A stretch of DNA of 64,000 nt, from contig CM082586.2 in assembly GCA_040954595.2 (NCBI GenBank), forward strand, positions 8,897,337 through 8,961,336, read 5' to 3'. The translations under genes and the position numbers were made by a program. Below the pieces are notes generated by a model. It was not told where the DNA came from, did not search any database, and saw only the letters and a list, made by a program, of their open reading frames with translations. Positions 10,060-23,864 of the stretch are shown here, piece after piece. The DNA comes from Balanoglossus misakiensis. Lineage: Eukaryota; Animalia; Hemichordata. The number at the start of each line of letters is the position of its first letter. Within the stretch, counting starts at the first letter, position 1.

Positions 10060-12362
10060 AAACACACTACAGTATAACTTTTAAGGCAAAGCGATAGCGA
10101 ATAAACTGACCAGAATTAGTTTTGTTGTTGGGGAGATTTTTGGCACCATCGAGACTGTTATAAGCTACCAGTGTCAGCTATGGCATAGCTGTTAACACGC
10201 AGCCCTGCTACGCAGAGCTACTATGACTGGTTACTAACTTCTATGTCTATTTGATTCACAGATGCTGCCTGAAAATGTCTGCGTTTCAACTCGGGATTCT
10301 CTTCCTCGTCCGAGGCGAGTTTAAGACCGCTCAATGGTAAGCATGACGTGCTATATATTTGCTTTTATCACGCGTTGCAAACGGTATAATAGGAAGCAAT
10401 GTATGTCTACGAACTAATTTACACATTCCAGCTTTCAATACTTGTTTTTTCCCCTTCGAATTCTGGCCTTGATTGCCTGTGATATGGTAGTGATGACATG
10501 AATTAAATGGACAACTCACAATTTCAAATCTTCACATGGAGCATAGAATAAATTTGGATGCATTTCTTTAAACATATAGCTAAAATTACTCCCATACCAA
10601 TACACAGGGAGATACTGTAGCTTTGGCTGAACATGCGCTAGTCCAACACCATGCTTAATCAAACTGGCTAAGAAGTCTATTATCATATTAGACTTATGAA
10701 GGACAGTAATGTTGTTTAAAGTGACAAAAACAATAATTTAGGTCAGAAAGAAAAATGTAAATCATGACACAAACAGGCTGGATATTTTTTCTGACCCTAT
10801 ATTATACCATGTTTTGCATATTTTCACTATTTAGTATTGCCCACATAATTCCAAAGCAAGGTTGATTGGTTACTTATTAATATGCATATATTTGATTCAC
10901 AGTCTTAAACACAGCATTTCAACGTATGCCGGAGGAGGGAGAGAATACCTAGGCCTGATCCAAGACCGCTTTCCGGTAAGCACAACTTGCTGTATACATG
11001 CTCCATAACTTGTTTGTAAAGGCTACCTTTTCCCATCAAACAGTGAAGTCGCCCTTTCAAAATTATGGTGGTGGCAAGCCACAACTGGTTATCATGAAGA
11101 GTTGGACACCACTAATAATCATTTTAATATTTTCCAATGGGTAACCTTTATGTAACACTATCCTCAACAATTTCAGTCAACAAGATTTATATTTCGCTGT
11201 ATAGCAAGGCCGAACAAATATGACTGATTGATAGGGATTTATCTGAAAATATGACAAAATCAACAAATACAGAATAATAAGTCACCAAACATGTATCATG
11301 TTTTATTCGAGGGAACATGAGCAGGGTCCCATAAACCTGCCAACCCATGCTACCCATGACTTTACAAATGTTTCCGTCATACTATGCAGAAAATTCTGGC
11401 TGCTTTAAATAGGTTTTCACTTTGCGCTAGGGGGTCAAATCTCATTGCATTCAAGGCGGAAAGTCCATAACCAACTGTAGTAAGAGATAGAAGAAATGAT
11501 ATGTTTACTGTATTTCATGACTTCCTTTGGTCAAACATGTCTGTCTCTGTAGTTAGCATATTAAACCCATTAAACTGTTTTTCACATTTTGTTATTTTTT
11601 CTGTTAAAAAGTTCCAGAATTACCCATCATCACTTTAGCATATGAACTCCCATTTCTTTAACATGGCAAAAATCGGCCATCTTGAAATTGTCGACCGTAT
11701 GAGATTTTCATCACTCACTTAGGGTAGCTTAAAACTTATTTCAGGGGAGAATTGTATAGGCATGACTTGGTCTGTAAATTTGATGAAATACCTACCTGCA
11801 AATTGTTTACAAGCAGCTGACTGTACTGAAAGACTGGAAGTGTTGTGTACTTATTTTACATATTCAATATTTGTAATTAGACCATGTCATGTATATCTTG
11901 GGGATTGCTCGATCGCAATGTCTCTGCTGGTACAATGTCCTTTTAACTTGTACAGTAATATGGTAGTGATTGTAAGTTTGTGTGCAGCATTTGTAAATTA
12001 TTTTCAATTTATAAATTATTTCTAAGTTTCTTCATTCTCAAATTGCTTGCCCAACTGCATTAAAATTTAAATTTTGGTATGATTTTGAGTAGGCTTTCTG
12101 TTTCAAATTTATTTTCTACACGTTTTGAAATTTTTTGGTAAAATGATTTTCCATGGAAAATCTGATTTCCCTGTAATTCGGTTGACAGGATTTTCACCAG
12201 ATCTCTAAATCATGAAGTACATGTATCAGAATTGCATCGCCCCCTCCCCCCCAAAAAAAATTAGCCATTGATCTGGGAAAGTTACAAAAATGTGTTGTCC
12301 AAGCACGTTGAAGGTACAAGTGGTTTTTACACTAGCTATGAAGGCATTTTATTAAAATTATT

Positions 12363-13950
12363 AGGTCCCGTTTGGTATATGTATTTATACCATGGGACCT
12401 TACAGGATCAGTTGCACCTGTATGTATGGATGTCTGTATGGCTGTTTGTCTGTATGTCCATCAACATCAAACATTTGGAAACTACTGGCGTGTGACCTTG
12501 ATATTTAGTGTGGAGATGCAGGCAAGGCAGTAGGTGGGAGTTTGTCTAAATGAAGTCGTCATTGCCAAAATATGCAAGTGAGCTGGGAAAGTGTCAAATT
12601 TGTCAAAACTGAGGAACTCAAAAACTACTGGGTAAATTGCTTTAAAAATTGAAAATTGATATGCATGTACCTTATAGTAACCTCACACAGCCCTTTATGT
12701 TGTCAGCTTATGTGAATTTCCAATGTTTATGCATTTTTTGTCTCCACATTATCGGTAAAAAATCTACTTTTCTGGAATTGATCAGCTGACTTGTTTGAAA
12801 TTTAGTATGAAGCTTCGCAGGTGATCTGAGTTACCATAGTTTTGATTAAAGTGTTGCAAAATTTGTGTATTTTAATTGTGTAGCAATTTTTAGGTCCCAT
12901 GGCATTTGGTTTGTGTATATATATATATACGATTGGGACCTTATGGAATGACTTGCATCTGTATGTATGGATGAACGGATGAAAACTGCTGTGCATATCA
13001 CTTCCATATTTAGTGTGTAGATGAAGGCGGGGCTGTAGATGGGATTTTGTTCAAATGAGGTTGCCATTGCCAAAAGTATTACCTGTGAAAATGTGAAATT
13101 GGTCAAAAGTCAGAAACTCAGCAACCACTGGTCAGATTGATCTGAAAACTTGTATGTCAATAAACCCCATACAGTCCTGTATGCTTTGAGCTAATATTAT
13201 GAATTTTCTAATGTTTATTAATTTTTTGTCTTTTTCCAAATTATTGGTAAAAAAATCTTCACTTCTGAAAGCGATAGTCCGACTCCTTCGAAATTTAGTA
13301 TGAAGCTTTCTATAGGTGGTCCGAGTTACCATATTTTTTGTTCAGATTGTTGTAAAATGGGCATATTTATAATTTTGAGCAATTATGCCAATTTTGGTCA
13401 GAATGCTTTGCAATTTGGTAGGCAGATTCCCAGGGGTAACCCAAGTGAGATGTCTTAAAAATGGTTAAAACTTCATCTTTGTCTTATTTGGAGATATTTT
13501 ATGCAATCTTTGTCAAAAACTGTTTTCTCTGAAAACGTTCAAACCGTTGTCTGGTTGCTTTGAACTTTGGCAGGAATGTTCCTTGTAGTCATTGAAGTAA
13601 GATGGTGTACAATTATAGTGATTTTTGCATATTTGTGTTTTTGCCACTTTTGAACAAATGTGTTTTTCTTTGAAACTGCTTTTTTGATGGCTTTGAAATA
13701 TGGTAGGAAAATTCCTAGGGGTAACCCAAATTTTTTTTCTGATTGCTTTAGAAGTTGGTTTACAATTTCATAACACATGTACCTGTATGTGCGACTTTTA
13801 TTAAAGTCTGGTTTTTAATATTTAGGTAGTTTTGTTGTAAATTCTTTGTTTTTGGATAGCAAATCTTCTCTTGAACCAATTGCCCAGTTTCTTTGAAAGT
13901 TACTGTTAACAAGGTGAGTTGGTACACCCAACTTAGACTTTTACATCCAA
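12363..13950 (+). mobile_element. Non-autonomous Helentron (HINE/DINE-like) fragments, 5' ends at ~12363 and ~12892 (duplicated at ~17731 and ~18240)
   Basis: T-run + AGGTCCC...GGGACCT short inverted pair + (GTAT/GTCT)n microsatellite + core with cagattgctttgaaattt-like blocks. Confidence 0.65.
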
Positions 13951-15663
13951 CTTAGAGCTACTATGACTGGTTACTAACTTCTAGGTCTATTTGATTCTCA
14001 GATGCTGCCTGAGATTGCCTGCATTTCAACTCAGGATTCTCTTCCTCGTCTGGGGCGAGTTTAAGACCACTCAATGGTAAGCATGACTTGCTATATATTT
14101 GCTTTTATCGGGCTTTGCAACCGAAGCAATAGGAAGCAATTTGTATGTCTACGAACTAATTTACACATTCCAGTTATCAATACTTTTTTTTCCCTTCGAA
14201 TTCTGGCCTCGATTGCCTGTGATATGATCGTGATGACATGAATTAAATGGTCAAGTTCAAATCTTCATGTGATGCATAAATTAAATTTGGATGCATTTCC
14301 TTAACCATATAGCTAGAAATTACTCCCATATCAATACATAGGGAGATACCGTAACTTTGGCTGAAAGTGTGCTAGTCCAACACCATGCTTAATCAAACTG
14401 GCTAAGAGATCTATTATTATGTATAGACACATGAAGGAAAGTAATGTTGTTTAGAGTGAAATAAAACAATACCTTAGGCCGCAAAGAAAAATATAAATCA
14501 TGACACAAACAGGCTGGATTTTTTTTCTTCAAAAATGTGTGCGTAAGATCACATTGGCTGATGGTGACCAAAGCCAGAGAAGCGCAGTCCTGAATTCGGA
14601 AATCTGATCAGTACCAGAAACTTGCTCAAAGCTACTAAATGCACAAAAGTTTTGAGAATCTTTATAAAGATAAAAAATCACCAAGCGACTATTGGGCTTG
14701 TCTGTGTTCAATATGTCTTCCCTGGTAACAACATCTACTTCCGCCACCACGCCATGAGATATACTGACAGCCACGTTTGAAACATTTTAGTATACTGATA
14801 TTTAAAGTTTAAATTTTAAGGCTTACTTTTCTATACTTAAATAAATGTTTTATAATTGCCAACAATGTACATTCTTATGCTAATCAGTTGTATGAAAAGT
14901 GAGATGGATCAAATGCAAGTTTCATTTTCACAACAAACAAAGAAATCATTGTACAGTGTTACATAGATGTCAAAGTGCGTGTACACCTTCTGTCATTTAC
15001 AGAATCTGATATCATGTCAGTTTCAGTTGTCACCTAATTGCAATGTTTGGGGTATATACCCATGTGGACCACTTTACTGCAGTACTGATGTAAATGGAGT
15101 TTTAAGATCGACGTATTCCACTGTTGTACATTATCGCAGCACAGTCTGACCGTACATTATACCATGTTTTGCATATTTTCACTAATTAGTATGGCCCACA
15201 TAATTCTAAAACAAAGTTGATTGGTTACTAATTAATATTTGCATATATTTGATTCACAGTCTTAAACACAGCATTTCAACGTATGCCGGAGGAGGAAGAG
15301 AATACCTAGGCCTTTTCCAAGACCGCTTTCCGGTAAGCACAACTTGCTGTATACATGCTCCATAGCTTGTTTGTAAATGCTACCTTTTCCCATCAAACAG
15401 TGAAGTCGCCCTTTCAAAATTATGGTGGTGGCAAGCCACAATCGGTTATCATGGAGAGTCCCATAAACTTACCAGCCCACGCTAGCCATGACTTTACAAA
15501 TGTTTCCCGTCATACTGTGCAGAACATTCTGGCTGCCTTAAATAGGTTTTCACTTTGCACTAGGCGTCAAATCACATTGCATTCTGGGCGAAAAGTCCAC
15601 AACCCACTGTAGTAAGAGATAGAAGAAATGATACATTTTTTGTATTTCATGCTTTGGTCAAAC

Positions 15664-16910
15664 CATAGACCCTAGAGAAAAAGGACAGGAAACAACGCCT
15701 CTTTCTTTGTAGTCTCTTGGGTGGAATACATTAACTAGTGTTTGCACAGGTGTTGGCCTCCGCCCGCTTATCTAATCCCATTTACGGCCTGAATAACGCG
15801 AAATCCCGCGAAACACGAGACGAGATCATGCGAAACACCCCAAATCACGCATTTCTCGAGATTTCATGAGACGTGAACAGCCTGGATTGTTTACACCACC
15901 AGCACTGACAGAAATGGTCGCTATCTGCCACAGCGATGACGACGAGTTTGTGGACGTTTTCTCCGAGGAAGACACAAATGGGTGTTCAGATAGCGATGTA
16001 AGCGAAGACGAAACCCGTTCAGAAGACACAAAACCATTTTCGACCTCAACTGGCCGCCGAAATTTTGTGGTATTTAGACCAGTACATGACCGCAAATGCC
16101 GGAAGTATCCTATGCAGTGTGTGTGATAAAGCGTTCAAAACTAAACAAGTTGACTTCTTTTTTTCTTTCAACTGAATGTGAAATATCTGCGTAAAACCCC
16201 ACCAATACACCCACAATTACATGGTAACAACAATAAAATAAGAGGTTAAGACATTCAAGGAATATCTTCCGTAAAAAAAGGACCCAATCGGCACCATGAA
16301 ATGTTACACTATACACGCAACCGGAAGTACTACGCAATGTTCTTTTTGACGGCAAACGTAAAATTAACACTAACAGTTTAACAATGAAACACATCGTAGC
16401 ACTTCTTGTATGCTGAAGATTTCATATTTTAAAGAATTTCTGATCGACGGATTGTCTTCTTACAGAAAAACGGTCACAATCTCCGCGATGACTTCTACAA
16501 CACGATATTCGGCGTCGCGACGATATGCGATTCGGGTTTAAATTCAGAGTCAGATATCACGACCAAAAAATAATCTCTTGGCCATGAGTGTTTTCAATAA
16601 TTGTCTGTCTTCAAATGAAGACATTAAAAGTTTATTCGAGACCATTATTGGAAGAAATTAAGTTATATAATGTTTAAAATTGCAGCAAAAATCGGCGGGA
16701 TTCGACCGGCATCAAACAACAATTGCATTCCGAAGATCACTAAGATTACTTGTCGTCTGCAAAGCAGTCAGGGGTGTTGGACACTGACGATCGCCCATCC
16801 ACGACCGATTGACACCTTTTGTAATTATTCCATTTAGGTTCAAAACCGGCTAATCCCCTTTTTCTTTGATGTTTGCCGCCCTTTCCTGTCCCGTTTCTCT
16901 AGGGTCTATG
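15664..16910. mobile_element. Non-autonomous DNA transposon, P-element-like (CATAGAC termini, 7-bp TSD gtcaaac)
   Basis: TIR catagaccctagagaaa..ggacaggaaa / tttcctgtcc..tttctctagggtctatg; gtcaaac on both flanks; empty paralogous site tttggtcaaacatgtc at ~11526. Confidence 0.88.
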
Positions 16911-19900
16911 GTCAAACATGTCGTTCTCTGTAGTTAGCATATTAAACTCATTAAACTTTTTTCACATTTTGTTATTTTTTCTGTTAAAAAGTTCAAGAAT
17001 GACCCATTATCACTTTAGCTTATGAACTCCCATTTCTTTAACATGGCAAAAATCGGCCATCTTGAAATTGTCGACAATATGAGATTTTCATCACTCACTT
17101 AGGGTAGCTTAAAACGTATTTCAGGGGAGAATTGTATAGGCATGACTTGGTCTGTAAATTTGATGAAATACCTACCTGCAAATTGTTCACAAGCAGCTGA
17201 CTGTACTGAAAGACTGGAAGTGTTGTGTACTTATTTTACATATTCAATATTTGTAATTAGACCATGTCATGTATATCTTGGGGATTGCTCGATCGCAATG
17301 TCTCTGCTGGTACCATGGTAGTAATTGTAAGTTTGTGTGCGGCATTTGTAAATTATTTATAAATTATTTTGTAAATTTCCTCATTCTCAAATTACTTGCC
17401 CAACTGCATTAAACTTTAAATTTTGGTATGATTTTGAGTAGACTTTTTGTTTCAAAATTATTTTCGACACTTTTGACATTTTTGGGTGATATGATTTTAC
17501 ATGGAAAATCTGATTTCCCTGTAATTTGGTTGACAGGATTTTCACCATTTCTCTAAATCATGAAGTACATGTATCAGAATTTGCATCAGGCCCCCCCCCC
17601 CAAATTTTAGTCGCCTTTGGAAAGTCATATTAGCCATTGATCTGGGGAAGTTACAAAAATGTGTTGTCCAAGGGCGTTGAAGGTACAAGTGTTTTTACAC
17701 TAGCTATGTAGGCATTTTATCAGAATTGTTATGTCCCATTTGGTATTTGTATTTATACCATGGGACCTTATTGGATCAGTTGCACCTGATGTATGTATGG
17801 ATGTTTGTATGTCCGTCAACATCAAACACTTGGAAACCTTGATATTTAGTGTGGAGATGCAGGCACAGGGGTAGATGGGAGTTTGTCTAAATGAAGTTGT
17901 CATTGCCAAAATATGCAAATTAACTGGGAAAGTGTCTAATTCGTCAACTCTGAAACTCGACAACTACTGGGCAAATTGCTTTCAAAATTGAAAATTGGTA
18001 TGCATGTACCTTACATTAACCTCACACAATTCTATATGTTGTGGGCTAATAATGTGATTTTTTTTAATGCATTTTTTGTTTCTTTCCACATTAGCAGTAA
18101 AAAATCTACTTTTCTGGAATTGATCAGCTGACTTGTTTGATAATTAGTATGAAGCTTCATAGGTGATCTGTGTTACCAACCTTAGTTTTGTTTAAATTAT
18201 TGCCAAAATTTGGGTATTTATAATTTTGGAGCAATTTTTAGGTCCCATTTGGTTTATGTGCATGTATATGATTGGGACCCGAGGAATCAGTTGCATTTGT
18301 ATGTATGGAGTGAATGGATGAAAACCGCTGCGCGTATCACTTCCATATTTAGTGTGTAGATGCAGTCGGGGCTGTAGATGGGATTTTGTTCAAATGAGAT
18401 TGTCATTGCCGAAAGTATTACCTGTGAAAATGTGAAATTTGGTCAAAAGTCAGAAACTCGACAACCACTGGTCAGATTGATCTGAAAATTGGTATGTCAA
18501 TGAACCCATACAGTCCTGTATGTTTTGAGCTAATATTATGAATTTTCTAATGTTTATTAATTTTTTTTTCTTTTTCCACATTATTGGCAAAAAAAATCTT
18601 CACTTCTGAAAGCGATAGTCTGAATCCTTCTAAATTTAGTATGAGGTTATATTACATATGCTGGAGTATGATAAGCTGTAGAACATTCATTTGGTGGCCA
18701 TATTGAATTTATTCAAAATATAAAGTGCAAACGTAAACTTTTTTTTTTTTTCAAAATTGTTCCAAATGTCATACAGATAGTTTTGAATAAAAACACTAAA
18801 ATAGCTTGTGTAATACCCAATATACAGCCCAAATATGGGACTCTAGGAATACTGTTCAGCATATTGAATTTATGCAAATTATGAAATCTGCCCATGTCAA
18901 ATATTACTTCAAGATGGTTCTTAATGTACATGAAATATTTTTATACTTTAAAATCATAGAAAAGGTCGTGTTTATTTCTTGATATTTGGCCCCAAAATTT
19001 TCAATATTAAATGTATGCAAATTAGAAATATTTCTACAAGGTGGATTCGGGTTCAATTAATCTAGACACCTCTCCAAACTATATTCTGAAGAAAAAAATT
19101 CTGTTGCAATTTATGGTGGGTTAGGTCCCCAAATCTCAAACTTTGGCAGAAATGTTCCTTGTAGTGATTAAAATAAGATGGTGTACAATTATAGTGATTT
19201 TTGCATATTTGTGTTTTTGCCACTTTTGAACAAATGTGTTTTTCTTTGAAACTGTTCTTTTGATTGCATTGAAATTTGGTAGGAATATTCCTAGGGGTAA
19301 TACTATTTTTTTCTGATTGCTTTGGAAGTTAGTTTACAATTTCATAACACATGTACCTGTATGTGCGACTTTTATTAAAGTCTGGTTTTTAATATTTAGG
19401 TAGTTTTGTTATAAATTCTTTGTTTTTGGATAGCAAATCTTCTCTTGAACCAATTGCCCAGTTTCTTTGAAAGTTACTGTATGTTAACAAGGTGATGGTA
19501 TACCCAACTTAGACTGTATTCACCACATGTTTACGTAAATTTAATATGCCAGCTTTTACACAGACCACCAGCTATTCTATTTTGAAATACCCAGTGGCAG
19601 GTCACTCAAAATTTTTGAGCAGGTATTCCATGGTTTCTTGATATCACAAAATCGTCTCGAACAGGTCTCCCATTAGACACTTTTAGCCCCTTGATTAGCC
19701 AATGTCCAAAAACATTTAGGCATTTCAGAGATCATTAGTCAGTTCATCAGTCCACTTGTTATGTTGGGTTGAAAAACACACACTTGAATTACTATTTACA
19801 GTCCTGCAAGCTGCTTAAAACTTGTGTGGACACTGATTTTATCATGTTGGGTATCTTCAAACTTTGATACCACCCCTAGCAATTTTTTATACTGACATGG

Positions 19901-20978
19901 TTTCTCTCCAGTGATTTCAACATCCTACTAGGAATACAACCCCTCCTCAACTTCATAATATAGGGCATGAAATTGCAGGTTTTTGAGAACACTATTCAAA
20001 ATCATCCCCATCAAGTCTGTAAACGTCTTTGGACAGATTTCTCTCCAGAGTAAAACGAAACATGCAATAAAGAGACTTTATGCAATAAAAACATGTTGAT
20101 CATAACTCCAAACAATAATTTGCTATGTACAACATGTCAATCGCTAATAGTAGGTATGGCCATAAGCATAAACCTGTTTGTTTTGCTATCTTCACTATTC
20201 ATGTTATCTGACTATATTAATACATTTGCAAGCATACTGTTTCAGACGTAGTGAAGTTGATAAACATTTACGGGTATATTTTTACCTGTTGAAACTTACG
20301 GAAGTTGATCAAAAACTGGACACTTCACATAGGATTTTTCATCCCCTCTGTAGATTGATAGTCTAACATAGCAGGCAATCTTTCTTTAAAAACTGCAGAG
20401 GCCTTTATAAAAAGTTGTTGGCAAGAATGAAAGCTTGGGGGGGGGGGGTGTAGGATTTCCTACATTTTAGGTTATTTTTTATATGCCCCCCAAAAGTTAT
20501 GACAAAAAATTGATGACACCCTCAGAATTTATACTCCCTCCCCTATCATACGCTATCCATATTCATATAAATATGTCAATAAACGCCATACTGTCCTGTA
20601 GGTTTGAGCTAATATTATGAATTTTCTATTTTTTATCGTTTTGTCTTTTTCTGCATTATTGGTAAAAACATCTTCATTTCTGAAAGCGATAGACTGACTC
20701 CTTCAAAATATAGTATGAAGCTGCCTATAGGTGGTCCGAGTTACCATAGTTTTGTTCAAATCGAAATTGTTGTAAAATTGGCATTTTTAATTTTGAACAA
20801 TTTTTGCCATTTTTGCTCAGAATGCTTTGAAATTTGGTACGCAGATTCCTAGGGGGTAACCCAAGTAAGATGTAAAATATGCTTAAAATTGCGTGTTTGT
20901 GTTATTGGGGAATTTTTGTACAATTTTTATCAAAAACTTTTTTCTCTGAAAGCGCTTGTCAGGTTGCTTTGAACTTTT

Positions 20979-22088
20979 AGGTCCCATTTGGGACCTAATG
21001 GAATCAGTTGCGTCTGTATGTATGGATGGATGTATGTCTGTATATCCGTCCACATCAAAAACTTGAAAACCGCTGCGTGTATCACCTTGATATTTGGTGT
21101 GTAGATGCATGTTGGGCTGTAAAAGGGAGTTTCTTCAAATGGAGTTGTCATTGACTTTAAAAAATATGCAAATTAGGTGGAAAAATATGAAATGGGTCAA
21201 AACTCAAACTCACCAACTACTAATCAGATTAATTTGGAAATTGGTATGCAGGTACCTTATGTCTACCTCAAACAGTCCTGTATGTTTAGAGCTAATATTG
21301 ATTTTCTATTTTTGATGCATTTGTTTATATTAATTTTTCAACATTATTGGTAAAAAATCTTCATTTCTGAAAGTGATCGGCCTACTTCTTTGAAATTTAG
21401 TATGAAGCTTCTTATAGGTTGTCTGAGCAACCATGGTTTTGTTCAAATTATTGCAAAAAATTACATATTTATAATTTTGATGATAATTTTTTTGTTATTT
21501 TTCCCCTCTGAAACCGCTTGTCAGATTGCTTTGATTGATTCGCTTTTTGGCAGGCATGTTCCTTGTGGTGATTGAAGTTAGGATTTTGAACAATTTTGGT
21601 GATATTTGCTTGTATGTGTTTTTGCCACTTTTGAACAAATATTTAGCGAGTTTTTTGCAAATTATTGATTTTGGTTAGCAAATCTTCTAAACTCATGTCC
21701 AGTTGCATTGAAAGTTACTGTTTACAAGGTATTGGTACCCCGAGACTGTTTACACTACATGTTTACATAACTTAATAGGCCAGCTGTTACAGAGACCATT
21801 AGCTATTGAATGTCTGTCAGTCTGTCCAAGGGCTGACTGTAAGAAGTTGCTTGTCATGTGTGTTTCTACACACAATTTTTGGTCAAACATAAATTTTTCT
21901 TGCATCACTTGTAAGACTGCCATGACACATGACAGTCTATTGGGCATGGTCCTTGTTAATTTTTTTACATTTTCATATTTATATATGGTTAGGTCATATC
22001 TGCTTGCCAGTGTCGCATGTGATTTTTATTCTTGTCTATAACTAATTCCGTGTAATCCTCAAATGGGACCACAGTGTCCTTGACGCTA
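20979..22088 (+). mobile_element. Complete ~1.1-kb non-autonomous Helentron (HINE)
   Basis: 5' TTTT-AGGTCCCATTT-GGGACCT + (GTAT/GGAT) microsatellite; 3' sub-TIR AAATGGGACC (22061-22070, exact inverse of GGTCCCATTT), hairpin agtgtc-ctt-gacgct, then T-run. Confidence 0.8.
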
Positions 22089-22563
22089 TTTTTTCATAGC
22101 CATCCCTAAAAGTCTGGTGTTATGTGCCCCCCCCAATTTCTCATGTAAAAAAATCGATGGCCCCCTGGAAATCCTACAGCCACCTCAATTCCTGGGGAAG
22201 TATATTCTCAACACTCCCTTATATCACATCCCATATATTGCGACCTACAGGTTTATGATTTGTTACTAACTGCTATGCATATTTCATTCACAGATGGAAG
22301 CCATGATTGTCGCAATTTCAACTGGTCCAGGGTTTCTCGTTCTCCTGTGCGCTGAAGCTTGGTTAAGACTACTTTCTGGTAAGCATGAGTTCATCTATAT
22401 TTGCTTTTTTAGGGCATTATTGATTTCCTGTAATGTGATTATGATGAGGTGAATGAACTGGACATAAATTCAGTTTGGACACATTTAGAATTGGCAGAAT
22501 TACCCATAGCTATAATTGTATATAGGCGCCTTGAATTTAATTATTTGTTTGCCGTCCATGGGT

Positions 22564-23864
22564 CAGTCGGCCCGATCGCCAAAAAAGGAAATCTCATGAA
22601 TATTTAAATTTGATGTCAGAGGTAACTTTTCGGCCAATCAGATCGCTCGAGACAATCAGTTCCAGAGAAAATTCGCATGCCCTCGGTTTAAGTTCTGTTA
22701 AATGAAGTCGAATTCGCCTAAATACTCAAATTTTTGCCTGAGGATTCCTTGAAAGGTGCTCTAGCGATCTACCGATGCGTTTTGAAATCGACCGTTGCGT
22801 TTTTTAGCGACAGCTGATAATTTCTGCCATGCCTACGTTCTCACTGTCGACAACGGCGATGATGGCTATTCTTGTATGCTTCTGAAGTTTTAGTGCGGGG
22901 TCTTAGTTCAATTAAATAAAATCTAGGTCGCCTAAACGCTCACGATTTTGTCCGAGGACTCATTGATACACGCTCTAGTGATCTACCGTTGCGTTTTGAA
23001 ATCGACCGTTGCGTTTTGTAGCGACAACTGATAATTTCTGCCATGCCCTCACTATATACACAAGGAGCTCCGTGTATATACACAACGGCAATGATAACAA
23101 TCTTGTGCGTGAGCTAGGCCGTGGCTCAGTCACTCTCGATCCGAAAGTTTCATGATTTTTTTTATTCACAATCACCAATTACCGTAAATGATAGAAAGAG
23201 TCGAATTCACAAAATATGACGATTACCTCATGAATGTGCGGTGTCAACTTGGAAACTGTTAGCAACTTTGCCAAACGTAAATTACAACATACGCGCCGCG
23301 TAATAGCTCACAACACCGCTCATGCACGCTCACAGTCACCGTACAGAGTATACTACGAGTATCGCTGTTGCCCCTGTATCAGTTGCGTCTTTATACCATA
23401 CATGTAGCTGATATAGTCCGACTAGCACAAGTATGGATCGTTATACTGCCCTGCTCTTCACTTAAATCAACTTGGGTTTTAAATACGGCCGCACTGACAC
23501 TGGATAGTGAGGCCCAAAGTTTACTGGAAGCATTTACCGAGTCATCGTCGGCTCGCACGGGTTGTTGGATCGACCAAAATTTCCCTAACGAACCAATGCG
23601 GAAACCGCTATATAAAAAAACACCGTCCACGGTCAAAGGATTTGTTCTGCCAAGGTCTATTTTTCGGATACCAAGAGCTTGGCGGGCGGAGAGGTTACCT
23701 AGTGCAAGACAGCCTCAGGATGTCAGTGTTAGCAAAAGGCACTGGCCTTGTTGACATTCCTTCGCGCGTGTCATTTGTGCATATTTCTGATTGGGCGAAA
23801 CGCTTACCTTTGACACAAATTTAAATATTCATGAGATTTCCTTTTTTGGCGATCGGGCCGACTG
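22564..23864. mobile_element. Non-autonomous TIR transposon, CAG termini, ~50-bp TIRs, 5-bp TSD (tgggt); hAT5-like?
   Basis: cagtcggcccgatcgccaaaaaaggaaatctcatgaatatttaaatttg matched exactly in reverse at 23816-23864; tgggt at 22559-22563 and 23865-23869. Confidence 0.88.

Larger units (their letters stand above)
10214..19515. repeat. Tandem segmental duplication: copy 1 ~10214-13953, copy 2 ~13954-19515 (expanded by insertions); older diverged third copy ~22240-24500
   Basis: Junction agagctactatgactggttactaactt at 10214 and 13954 (offset 3740); colinear similarity through tacccaacttagact; copy-specific indels and TE insertions. Confidence 0.85.

Noticed and set aside
10490-10630. Box C (RTGATGA) in introns after type-A exons suggesting C/D snoRNAs
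   Set aside because: Box D is ~140 nt away with no terminal stem and is missing in copy 3; no recognisable rRNA guide.
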